Source: Macrostomum lignano (taxonomy: Eukaryota). From it: 64,000 bases of DNA. Shown here one piece after another: positions 11,427 to 23,035 of the stretch. Under the pieces are notes generated by a model. The model saw only the letters and a program-made list of their open reading frames with translations. It searched no databases and was not told the DNA's origin. Positions within the stretch are counted from its first letter, which is position 1, and each line of letters begins with the position of its first letter. The DNA lies in assembly GCA_002269645.1 (NCBI GenBank), contig NIVC01001416.1, positions 1 through 64,000 on the forward strand. The letters run 5' to 3'. The translations under genes were made by a program, and so were the position numbers.

Positions 11427-14342
11427 TATCGCTTTTAAGGCCGTTGTGTGTTAATACTAAAGATCAATTCTAGCGTGCAAGTGTGTAAAGTTGCTTATAT
11501 TAATTGGATTGATGGATAAGTTTTTGGTTGGCAAAAAAGCGCCTGAAAATTCCATTGCGTATCTCTGCTGCTGCCTGCTTGCTTGCTATTGTTGCCTTGG
11601 ATAGTGTATCGAAATTTCTGTTAATTTTATTGTGTCATTTTAAAGCTTTGAAAACGTTTTTGTCGCTCAAATTGCGCTACTGCCTACTTACGGGTCTGCA
11701 GTAGTAATAATATTCATTCATTTTTTAATTAGTGATTTTTAATTGCTTCTTGTGTTTTAATCCTGATTGGAAAATTTTAATTTTAGGTGTTGCCGTGTGT
11801 TTATTTTGTTTTACCGTAGTCGATAAGTTGTGTATTGTTCGGTAAATATTCGCAATGCTTTTATCCGTGAAATACTGCACGTACAGCCCCTGTTTGGTTT
11901 CTTGTGATGCACATCCGGGCTCTTTTAACAGGCTATAAAAGTGCATTCTGTTCTTTTTTGTTTGCTGTTATCTACGAGCTATCATCTACGAACACATTTA
12001 TTGAAAATATAGAATGACAATTATTTTTGCTACAATTTTGCTTGCACGTTCTTCTGTTATTGTTGTGTATATATTAATCATATCGATGGCTTATATAAAA
12101 CTTTAAAAAATACTTAGAATATTTATTGTTGTGGTCAAAATTGTTGTGATCCTGTCCTAATTAGTATGGCATCAATAAACATACATGTATACCTCGTTAT
12201 CGTCATGCGCTGATTTTTGACCCGCATTAGGTAATTGATGACGCATTATTTCGGTGAAAAAATTACCACCCGTGACAATGCCTATCCTAAAGTATATTAA
12301 TGTGCAGCTATTTCTATAATACACTCACTAACTCCGTATTGATTTTTTACTTTTAGTTGATTGATTTCAGTCAAGCATGTTTAACGTTTAAATTAGCAAA
12401 ATACTAATGAAATTCATCCATCCAACTAAAGCTTTGTGTATTTCTGTTTTGGCAACTACTTATGCTACATTTTTACTCTACATTTATTTATTATTGCTCT
12501 TATTTAATGCGAGTAAACTCAATCCCTAAACGAAGCGAGTTGTGTTTTTACTATTAGTAGTATGCGAGTACAAAGATGGATATATTTACTAGCATCGCTC
12601 ACTTAGCGTCTAGCTAGTGAGATGTATGATTACAAAAATATTTATTTACGCACACATTCTTTTATTTAAATTCGCATATAAATCGTTTTATTACCTCCGC
12701 TAACAGCTTGAGTGCATGCAGTATATTTTATTAGAATTTTTACTAATAGCTAGGGTTAAGACCAGAAAATTAGTTGTTTAGTTAGCCAGAGGCTTATTTT
12801 CTTTGCGTGTTTTGGGTTGGACTGCAAGTTAGTCGAAAGATTATCGATTTTTAACGGCTCTTTTTCCAGCCTGTCCACCCACGGACCAATCGGGAGGTTG
12901 TTTACTTTTATGGTCGGTCTTCTGAACCCCGCCCCGCCCCGCCCCATTTTAATTGCTGACAGCAGTGACAGGCTTACAGGCCGTAATTTGACGTAATTTT
13001 AAAGTTATCGATTAACTAACTGGCTAGACTTACATTTACTCCTGCAAGCCACTGATCTTTTCAAACCCTTTGCCTATTTTAATTGTTTTTAGCTAACGGG
13101 GAGCCCCTGGTATTTGATCGATTCACTGGCCAGCCGATCCTTTCATTTTCTTTTCTACGTTATTTTTCAACCCCCATACCCATTTTAATTGGTTCTGGCT
13201 AGTGGCTTCGCCTTCGGTTTGACTTTAGGGTTAAGGGTTGACCAGCCCCTCTAACCTCTCCGGCTATAAACTTTATCAGCGTTAATTACGATCAAATTAT
13301 CAGTCGGACTGACAAAACGACGTTAGCAGCTTAAAAAATAATGAAATGAATCTTTTTAATTTTTACAAGAACATTGTTTTAATGCACGAGTACATGTATA
13401 GTTGTGCTGCTTTTCTGCCTCCGCCCTTACTGCTTCCGTGCGCGCTAGATGACAGAGACAGCACAAACATTCAGGCCATTTCTGTCTGTGCTTACATGTA
13501 GTACTTCGGTTATTTACCTGTCTTAGTATCTAGCAATCTTTCATGTTAACTGCGTGCTTTGCTAACATTACGAATTTGGCTTGTTTAAAGATATTTTTGT
13601 TGTTTCTTTTTGTTTCCAAAGATTTTCGTTGTGTTTAAATTTGTTATTTTGTCTGCTTTTATCGCTATATAGACGAAATGGACAAAAGGACAGAAAACTG
13701 TAATGAACTGTTTACTGCACGTGTCCATTAATTGTGCACCAGTAGTTGAATTATTAAATTTTTACGTAGCATCAAGTATAAGTGTAATATATAAATAAAT
13801 ATCCTTCCTGTCTTTGATCAAAACGGGTGAAAATAAAAACAAAAACTTATTCTGTGACGCCTTTTGTATTATAATTAATTTACTTATTTCTTTTCATCAC
13901 TGGAGTAAAACCGTGTATTAGGTGAAAAATTGCCTAGAATTATTAAAAGATTAGTGACAATATATATAGGATTACAAATTGCGAGCAGTCGTTTAAATTG
14001 AGTTTCATGCAATTTAGCAAAATAGATAAGCGTTAATAACCTTAGCAAATCCGCGTGAGCAATAGGAAATAATATGGACTCGATCAAGTCGGTCGTCAAA
14101 GAAATATTCTACCTGTTTAGCATTCTGAACAAAGTTAACCTACGCTCGTATCTGTATAATAAATTAGCTATTATGGCGATAGCAAATCATAAATTAGAAA
14201 ATAATAAAAAATAGTAATAAAATAAGTTCAAGTATGTTTTCAAATTTAGTGTGTTCTGAGCCTCTTTGTAAACTTATTATTTCAAGTTCGAAATGTCTTC
14301 TCTATCTACTAACAGGTAGCCGTTCAGTAGTGAGTCGCCACT

Positions 14343-15326
14343 TCAATCGTCATCCTCTTCATCTTTTTTACGCTGCTCCGCTTCTCTGGCCAGCCGTTCG
14401 ACCCGGTCGTTGTGCCGGCCGACTCGTTTGATCGTTTCGGCTTCCTGCTTCTGAGGACGGGTTAAAAATTTAGTAAACACCTTCAATGCAGGATGGGCTT
14501 AAAGCTGATTTCGAACCCAAGTAGGTGTACATGTATATCCTAAAATGCCTAATAAGCGTAAATTTCTTGCTAAAAGCCTTGCCGAGACTGCAGGGTATTC
14601 TAGCTAATGACCTTGCCGAGACTGCAGGGTATTCTAGCTAATGACCTTGCCGAGACTGCAGGGTATTCTAGCTAATGACCTTGCCGAGACTGCAGGGTAT
14701 TCTAGCTAATGACCTTTGCCGAGACTGCAGGGTATTCTAGCTAATGACCTTGCCGAGACTGCAGGGTATTCTAGCTAATGAGTTAATGGCCTTGCTGGGC
14801 TTCCGGCAAACTTTATTTTGAGTTTTTTCTGTCAAATTGTTTTTAGAACTTTAACGGCAACAGGCTACTAGAGTGAGTAGAAATGATAGGAAAATACCAG
14901 TGTTTAGTTTTTATTTGCTTATAGCACTATGGAGGGCGTAAGTTAAACTTTTGTAAAAAGGCATCATGGTAATGGTTTCGGGAACCTTTAAAATCGCCTT
15001 TAATACGAGCTTATGTCTCGCTAACAGGAAACTTGCCTAAAAGAAGTGATGAGAGTTGAAATTGAAAGCCACAGTAAGCTTTGTTTTACCTTTCTTCTGG
15101 CCTCTGCCTCTCGTTGCCTTTTGGCAATCAAATCCGGCGTGGTTGGCCTGGCGTCATCGCCCAGCCTCCGTTCCAGGTGGTGCGGCTTGCGACTTCGCGG
15201 CGTCACGTTGCCGCTGTCCAGAGCGACTTCAAAAGCAACTCCACCGGATTTCTTCTGCGTTGAAGAAGAAGACGATGGCTGCTGCTTTTGCTGTGGCTGC
15301 TTTTTCTGTTGTTGCTGCTTCGACAT
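14343..15326 (-). CDS. Stathmin-domain protein, 114 aa; exons 15326-15090 and 14450-14343
   Basis: SGGVAFEVALD...PTTPDLIAKRQREAEARRK|KQEAETIKRVGRHNDRVERLAREAEQRKKDEEDDD* parallels stathmin SGQAFELIL...[22 protein letters not shown]; donor aag|gtaaaa, acceptor cgtcctcag|, phase 0. Confidence 0.8.
14577..14781. repeat. 34-bp minisatellite (ccttgccgagactgcagggtattctagctaatga) x6 inside the stathmin-like intron
   Basis: Near-perfect units. Confidence 0.95.
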
Positions 15327-15887
15327 GTTTCGATAAAATTTTTGTATTTTGTATTAAACTCGTATCCTATGGATCGGGATTGATTGTTAAATCAGTCTCA
15401 ATTGTCAGTTGCCTCCCGGCTGGATCCTCATCCCCCATACATACCTGTTTTGAACGCAGGACAAGTTGGAGTCTCATCCTCATCCCTCTGCAGTGTGGTG
15501 TACAGTCCAATGTGTCTCTCAGTCTGCCCTGCCTGTCTGTCCCTCCCCCTTACCGTACCGTACCATTGCTAAGCGCGCTATAGTTGCGGAATTTTCTATA
15601 CAGTTTTTTTCTGCTACCCAATGCGACCTTGCCTACGCGAGGATCATTGACTATTCATCGCTCTGAGGGAACCTTTTCCTATACAGGCTATGTAGTAGAA
15701 AATCAACTCAAGGTATAGTTGCCCTGCTGCTTCTCAGCTACTATTGAACCGCGTGACCTACGCTCCGACAGTCGTCACGCCAGGCTTTTACGTGTGCAGT
15801 TTTATAGTATAGCTCGTGTTTTTAGATGCCGCCATTGCATTGCAGTATATATTCTGTGCCTGCTTGTAGTTCAGTGCTTTGACACCA

Positions 15888-16340
15888 AATGGGAGAGAGG
15901 GAAGTGAATGGGAGAGAGGGGAGTGGATGGAAGAGAGGGAAGTGAATGGGAGAGAGGGGAGTGGATGGAAGAGAGGGAAGTGGATGGAAGAGAGGGAAGT
16001 GAATGGGAGAGAGGGGAGTGAATGGAAGAGAGGGGAGTGGATGGAAGAGAGGGGAGTGAATGGGAGAGAGGGAAGTGAATGGGAAAGAGGGGAGTGAATG
16101 GGGGAGAGGGGGTGAATGGGAAAGAGGGAGGAGTGGATGGGAGAGAGGGAAGTGAATGGGAGAGAGAGAGGAGTGGATGGGAGAGAGGGAAGTGAATGGG
16201 AGAGAGAGAGGAGTGGATGGGAGAGAGGGAAGTGAATGGGAGAGAGAGAGGAGTGGATGGGAGAGAGGGAAGTGAATGGAGAGAGGGAAGTGAATGGGAG
16301 AGAGGGAATTGAATGGAGAGAGGGAAGTGAATGGAAGAGA
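15888..16340. repeat. Purine-rich ~19-20-bp minisatellite (gaatgggagagagggaagt)
   Basis: Direct reading; source of the PLSPIHF/GREGSEW ORFs. Confidence 0.93.
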
Positions 16341-16859
16341 GGCCATATAGCACTTAGTTTGCAAGGTGTCGAGAGCTTCTGGTGTACAGTAAACGAAGTT
16401 GGCTTATTTGTCTGTTTCGTTTAAATAAAATTAATATTTAAATACTAATACTGAATAGCAAATTCCTAGCGAAAAAACTGGTTTGGACAAAGTGACTCAG
16501 AACAAAGTGCCAAGTTGTACCTGCAAGATGCAACTCGTGCACCTAAAGCACGCACGCACCATTCGTATCACACACAATGGACTTAAAAAGGCAACGAAGC
16601 TTTCATTATTCTGCAAGACTGCCGTCAAGACCGCACAGGCAGGCACGGCAAGCGAGTACACAATCGTACCTGGTAAAGGGCTTGCTGAATCGTGCTCTTG
16701 GACAATTAAACCAGCTCGTACACGATCTACTGTGTCTCTTTCACCTGCTTGGAAGCTGAATCCTTTCTCGTGGATATATAATATCTCATTTACTAGCTCA
16801 GTGCCTGCATAAACAAATTTTATAACAAGCCATTAAATCTATTTAACATTGAAGCAACT

Positions 16860-17309
16860 ATGAAGTTCAGCCAAGCGTCTTTGCTGTTGCTAGCTCTGCT
16901 GCTGGCTCTGGTGCTGCAGCAGTATTACTGCGCCTCGGCCGGTCACTGCAATCGCTGCACCAGACGTTACCGTCCAGTGTGCGCCAGCGGACGCACCTTC
17001 CGCAACGCCTGCTTGGCTCGTTGCTCCGGCTCTGTTAACTTCGTTCGGGGTCGCTGCCTCTGTCTGTGCCCGCCCGGCTCAAATCCGGTGTGCTCATCTA
17101 GCTCTGGCAGGACCTATCGCAACGCTTGTTACGCCAAATGCGCCGGCGCCACGGAAACCACGCCGGGACGGTGCTCCGACTCCGGCAAGACCGGCTGCGC
17201 CTCCTGCTCGAACTGGTTGCGGCCAGTGTGCGCAAACGGGAAGACCTACAGGAATTTCTGTCATGCTCTGTGCCGCGGCGTCAAAAGCTATCACCACGGA
17301 GCTTGTTGA
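16860..17309 (+). CDS. Secreted three-domain Kazal-type serine protease inhibitor, 149 aa, intronless
   Basis: Hydrophobic signal peptide followed by three C-x2(1)-C-x5-PVC-x3-5-GxT(Y/F)xNxCxAxC-x10-GxC modules. Confidence 0.92.
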   Translation: MKFSQASLLLLALLLALVLQQYYCASAGHCNRCTRRYRPVCASGRTFRNACLARCSGSVNFVRGRCLCLCPPGSNPVCSSSSGRTYRNACYAKCAGATETTPGRCSDSGKTGCASCSNWLRPVCANGKTYRNFCHALCRGVKSYHHGAC

Positions 17310-17913
17310 TCTGTATAACAATCAGTGGGACATTAATATTTTCTAAAACAAAAAAGTCTGCCAAATGTCTCATTTTCTGTAATGATTTTTAAAGTTTATC
17401 GACTTTCAAATAAGTTTTCTTTAAAGAAAAGTCTTTATTAGCTACGTAGCAAAAACCGAATGATACAATGCAGTCTTCAAAGAATACATGTAATTTAGAA
17501 AACATTGTTTGCCGACCTACATCTGCAGCTTGTAATCAAAGCAAAAATTAGTCAGAGGTTTTACTGTTTCAGTGTTCGATAATAAACCCTGGAAGCTGTA
17601 TTCTATGGAAAAAGGAAGCGGACAAGTCGACTAATTATTTTTTACTTGAGTAGATACTACATAGAGTTTTACTACGCACGGTTCTAACTTTGGTTACTGA
17701 AAGTAGCAGTATCTACGAGTACAATCTATTTTAACTAAAAGGTTTAAAAACACACAAAATATATGGTAGGCTAGTAGGAATTCATTTCTAGAAATAAAAT
17801 CAAATTTAACTGTAACTAATTCTCTACTTAAGGCAGCATCTATACAATTGCAAGAACATCTTCTCTGTCCAGGCTAATTTGTCAAGAACTGCACATGCGA
17901 TGATTTTCATCAT

Positions 17914-18174
17914 TCAGCGCCTGACCGGGATGCCAACCTCGGCTCGGCAGATCCCCGGCTTTGTAATCCAATCGCCATTGCACCTGGCGTGACACGCGTT
18001 CCTGTAAACGATTCTCCCTTTGAAGGCGCACACAAACTTTATCTTGGTTGGGCAGCTCCGTAGACACCTAGCAACAGCAGATTCACTTCTGCGAGCATGT
18101 CTTCTAGCGGTTGCAGTTGATGCAAACAATGCGATGGCAAGGGCTGCGATAATCAACAAGCAGAGCAGTCTCAT
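17914..18174 (-). CDS. Secreted single-domain Kazal-type inhibitor, 86 aa (true start MRLLCLL at 18174)
   Basis: Signal peptide MRLLCLLIIAALAIALFASTATA, then CLRSCPTKIKFVCAFKGRIVYRNACHARCNGDWITKPGIC. Confidence 0.85.
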   Translation of the reverse strand: MRLLCLLIIAALAIALFASTATARRHARRSESAVARCLRSCPTKIKFVCAFKGRIVYRNACHARCNGDWITKPGICRAEVGIPVRR

Positions 18175-18824
18175 TATCTTTGTTTTCTCATGCGATCTAT
18201 AGGGCCTACAGCTGTGTATGCAGTGCGGACTTGTCAGGCTTTTTGTTCTTTTATAGTTGCTTGAGAGCGTCCAACCTTGTGAATGTTGAATGAGCTTCGA
18301 AAAATAATTCTCAACCTCAAGTATCACTGCAGATTTTGTTCAAGACGAAGGATTGTGTTAAAAATTCATTGCTTTACTGTGCATCTACTTATTGGTATCT
18401 CTTTGGACAATAAGGATAATAAACGCAGTTATTACATCCTGGATTTATGAAAAAAATAGCCATGTTGTCATTTAGCTAGATTTTTTCTTTTCAAGATGAA
18501 GGATTTTTAGAGACTGCTGGAGCTGGCTCGAGTCGGAGAGAAATCACGGATGTAAACATTAGTCGAAAAATTAAAAAAAAAACCAGACAGTATAGCAGCT
18601 GTAGAGGCCTCCCTCAGCCCGTAGCGGCAGGCAAGCAGAATAGTAACTACTCAAAAAAATTGTCAAGCCGTTTTATTCGTGTACTACTAGAATGGACGGA
18701 TGCTTGCTTTTGCAGTAGCACCTAAACCAAACCATGGATTATACTTGCTCGAATTATCGAGTTTTCACAATTTATTCAATGCATAGGATGTGTTTAGCTT
18801 CAAGCCCTTATTCTACATCTGCTT

Positions 18825-18878
18825 GATCGGGGGTTCGATTCCCGATTCCACTGGAACAATTTGTGTCATTGAGCAGGA
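18825..18878 (+). mobile_element. Truncated tRNA-derived SINE, broken by a (TACTA)n tract (18880-18950)
   Basis: ggttcgattccc B-box followed by ctggaacaatttgtgtcattgagc, matching the fuller copies at 26.6 and 38.8 kb. Confidence 0.7.
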
Positions 18879-19159
18879 ATACTATACTATACTATACTAT
18901 ACTATACTATACTATACTATACTATACTATACTATACTATACTATACTATAAATATACACGATCTTGTAGCCCAAAGAGGCACTCAAGGACTACTTAACA
19001 ACAACAAAGTTGTTAAGTAGTCCTTGGAGGCACTGCTGGTTTTAGAGCTAGAATGTGATCTCAATAAACAGAAGCATCTCCCCCGGTCTTGTCATTTGTT
19101 TCGCCGCTGTCTGAAGGCAGAAGATAACCGGTGCTTAGAACATCATAAAACATCGCGTT

Positions 19160-19480
19160 ATAGACGAATTGCCCGGCGTGATTTGCCCGTCGAGCTTTTC
19201 CCGCCGAGGTTTGCCCGCAATGATTTTTTACTGCAGCGCATTTAGCCATGCGGCAGATTTTGTCTGCATTTCTTCACCAATGAAGTTTTAATAAAGAGAT
19301 TTATCCGATCAAAACGTTTTGATAGTAACTGCATATCAAATGCATAATTTTTTTTTGGGGGGGGGCAATGCAGACAGATTCCAGCTGCCAAATGCGCTGC
19401 AGGAAAAAGCATTGCGGGCAAACCTCGGCGGGAAAAAGCTCGGCGGGCAATTTTTCTGCGGGCATTTCTCGTGCTCCCGT
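19160..19480. mobile_element. Inverted-repeat (MITE-like) element present in unit 1 only
   Basis: ttgcccgtcgagcttttcccgccgaggtttgcccgcaatg...ctgcagcgcattt is inverted by aaatgcgctgcag...cattgcgggcaaacctcggcgggaaaaagctcggcgggcaa. Confidence 0.65.
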
Positions 19481-20641
19481 ACATTATATATAGTTCAAAT
19501 ATTTTGTTAAGCATATGTACAAATGTAGTTAAGTGTATTGTCATAGCTCGTAGGTAAATATATATCAGTACTAAAATTGAGGTAAAAAACTTTGAGCAGC
19601 AATTAACGGGTTTTATATCAAGGATTGAAAGAAACCAGGAACACATTCCCCGCGCCTTGTCCTGAGAATGTTTCAAATTCCTTGACAATAATTTCTCCTA
19701 GAAAAGTGTAGTTTGTTTACATGTACTTCTGGTGGGCCATTGTACTTTTAAACTTAATTATTTAGTGCACGCAGACTCTACCGCTACTGTAGCTATACGA
19801 AACATTCCATTCCAACTCGGTTTGAAATGCCAAATTAAGAACAGTGTTGAGCAAAGTTCCGGCACTTCCGGCACTTTTAGTACCGGAAGTTACTTTTTGA
19901 TAAGTCCGGTCCTCCGGTACTTGAAAATGAAATTTTATGTGCCAAACAGCCCATTTAATTAGCACTAAACATTTAGTGCTAAAAGTTGCACAAAAGCGCA
20001 AAATTTTCACCAAAATACTCGTCGTAAATTTATAAAAAGGTAAAAAGAGGTGATCATGTGGTTTTGTAAGTTGAAGCACGTTTTTAAGCATCATAGAATC
20101 AGACTGAAGTAATTATTGGTAGGATCACTAGTAGTATATCAGAACGCTACATTCGTGATTCGTGGAAATCTTTTGAAGACCGATTTCTTCATTTCGATGT
20201 TCGTGCAGGACGACACGAGTGATGCATTCTAAGAGTGTTTTGACTTTTAACTATTTTGAGGCTAATTTATAATTTTCTAATTGCAACGCAGAAGCACTCA
20301 TCAATCAAGTTACTTAAAGTCTTGTGCACTGGTCTGTCTATCAAATTCCAGCCATTTGTTGTCCTGGCATCTTTTTTCTTAATTGTCAACTGGTATTTCC
20401 AAGGCTGCCAGAAGATTATTATTGATTCTAAACGAGTCAGCAGCAGGGACAACTAAAACCCTCGGGACGCGAAACGAGCCAATTCATGGCAAAAAATCTG
20501 AGGGGCTCGCTTAAAAGTATTGTTCTATGGCTTTTTCAAGTCTTCTCTGCTATCAGGCAAATTAAAATTGCTTTAGCTGCGGCCAGCAGTGAAGCTAAGC
20601 TGAACTATATCAAGAGAAGCATTTTTTATTCACTTGATGAA

Positions 20642-22688
20642 ATGCCAAGAAAGTGCAGCGTAATTTCCGTGCTCGTCAAATTACAACTCTGAAGCCGTTC
20701 GAACACGGACATTTGCGTTTCCCAGAGATCCACAGGAGCGAGAGCGATGGAGAAAGGCGCTGCCAAATATTCTCCAGGTAAGAAACCAGATCATTTGCTG
20801 TCATTACTGCTGCATAATTCCGCTTCAATTCTGCATGCCAGTCTCGTCCAAACAACTTGAAACCCAAAATTTATTAGTTTAGAGTGACTGACAATATGGG
20901 CGTGTGCGTAAAGCATTGGCCAAGCGATGCTCCAATGCCAATGGTCAAGAAAAACTCTACCGAAAGGCCAATTAATCCTCCTTCTATTTTTAATGGAGTT
21001 CCTAGCTCGTGTTTTGTTCAGAACCAAGGTACGTAACTTAAAGATTGCTCAACACTTAGCGTCTATATCGATTTTGCCGCTCACAATTATCTTACTTTTA
21101 TTTTTACTCTTATTTTAGACCAGGACCGACAGGCCGAAAAGCGCGGTGTTCTTTCTGACGCGAGGTGCGGCGACATCGATGAGATGGACGCTTTTCAGCT
21201 GCTTGATTTTTTGCCGGCATGGGAAAGTTTTCGAGCTGAGGTGAAAAATTCGGATGTCGTATCTCGACATGCACTGAACACAGCTATTCTGAACGAAGAC
21301 GTTTACTTGTTTACGTTAGATAAAGATGGAGACCTGTCTGCACGGGAGTCGGAATTCTTCATGCTGTTCGATTTCGTTCACATTATCAAATGCATTCGCA
21401 ACAATTGGCAAATGGAAGCGAATGGAATTCTAAGCTTTCAACCTCCTGGCGCTGACAGACAGATATCCGCTAAATGGTCAGACGTGGTACGCCTGTACCA
21501 AATGGAGAAAGACCACGTAGTCAAGCGCACATGTCTAACTCATGAGGCCTGTTATCCCACAAGCATTCAGAAAACTAAAGTCAGTCTCGCTCTCCAAGTT
21601 CTCGATGAAAGGGTTGCCGCTGCATTGAAGTGTGATGGATACTCAGACACTGCGGAATTTATCAAAACCATAGTGAGATTCTGGAAAATTGTCTATTGTA
21701 AAAATCCTGATCTACACGCACGACTACGGGATCCGGACAGGCGACCAGTCTATTCCGTTCAAGATGAAAGCATACAATTTCTTAGCGCGCTCGCGGATTC
21801 GTTTGATTCGACACATTGTGGAAAAGGCCGAGCTCGCCATCATTCATTGACGCCCGAGACTAAGTCAGCGCTAGTAAACTCACTGCGCGGAGCCTGTGAG
21901 ATGTGTGAGGTTCTTTTGTCCGACCCACGAATCAGCTACGTTCTGCTGGCTGACTTTCACAGTGATCCACTTGAGGCTGAGTTTGGCGTGTATCGCCCAA
22001 AGAGCGGCGGCAACTACTATGTATCTGTGGAGCAAGTGCTGCTCAGTGCTCGACTCCGACGAATGAAATTATTCGCATCCCTTGAATTAGCAGACTACAA
22101 GCACGATCGGAGCAAATGTTGCAATGAACAGCTGAATGAAATTGAACTGGCGACCATTGATAATTGTGCTGCTAAATCAGAGGAGCTTTCCATTTCGGAG
22201 ATGGCTTCGCTCTACACTATATCGCAGGTAAGCTGGATATTAATTAAAATTTAATTCACGAGGTTTTACACAATCTCATAAAAACAATTCAAACCGTGCT
22301 TTATTGGAAATTGACAGGTTATACAGCGACTAAAGAAGGCATCAAAGGAACAGATTTGATATCAGAGACGAGCATTCCAGCCAGCGAATTCACTGAAGAG
22401 TTATCTCGCGGAAAGCTTTGTCATCCTCCACAATGGCTGTTAGACTTATCCTGTCTCTGCTACAGCAGTTTTATTCTGCACTCTCCTACGTGCGCAACTC
22501 GCGTGCAGAAGCTGTTTTATGTTATTAAGGACTTTTACTTTCCAACTAAGACACAGTTCAGCATGGACAGTGTGTCCCGTCGGCTAGCCAACGTTTTTTT
22601 CAAAGGATTAGTAAGACGCTCGTCAAAACTCCCACCAATACCGACGACATCCCATGATGGAAAGCTTCGGAAGTTAGATGCTCAGTAG
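20642..22688 (+). pseudogene. THAP-domain P-element (THAP9-like) transposase, defective; exons 20642-20777, 20878-21028, 21119-22227, ~22319-22688
   Basis: THAP motifs MPRKCSV..CSSNY..FAFPRDPQERERWRKALP / VTDNMGVCVKHWP / PPSIF, then FDFVHIIKCIRNNW and SDPLEAEFGVYRPKSGGNYY. There is a +1 frameshift near 20665, a probable +2 near 22215 (LYYIAGY disrupted) and an apparent in-frame internal deletion before the FD..H motif. Confidence 0.85.
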
Positions 22689-22764
22689 GTGAAGTTCCAG
22701 CGTTTCCTTTATGTACGAGCTACTGACTGTTTGTGTCGTCTTGTCCTTGGAGTTCCGTATTTGC

Positions 22765-23035
22765 TTCTATCTTCTTGCCGTTGGAGTTTCATCTTCGCTT
22801 TCATCCTTTATCTTCTTGCCGTTGGAGTTTCATCTTCGCTTTCATCCTTTATCTTCTTGCCGTTGGAGTTTCATCTTCGCTTTCATCCTTTATCTTCTTG
22901 CCGTTGGAGTTTCATCTTCGCTTTCATCCTTTATCTTCTTGCCGTTGGAGTTTCATCTTCGCTTTCATCCTTTATCTTCTTGCTGTTGGAGTTATATCTT
23001 TGCTTTCATATTTTATCTTCTTGCCGTTGGAGTTT
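22765..23035. repeat. 41-bp tandem repeat (~6.5 units) in the 3' part of the P-like element
   Basis: tatcttcttgccgttggagtttcatcttcgctttcatcctt units. Confidence 0.92.

Noticed and set aside
13225-13240. Telomere-like ttagggttaaggg
   Set aside because: Only two imperfect units; expected by chance
15822-16424. Pro/Ser/Leu-rich and GREGSEW ORFs of 60-180 aa
   Set aside because: Translations of the purine-rich minisatellite
18175-18327. N-terminal extension of the second Kazal ORF
   Set aside because: Non-ATG start; the signal peptide begins at the ATG at 18174
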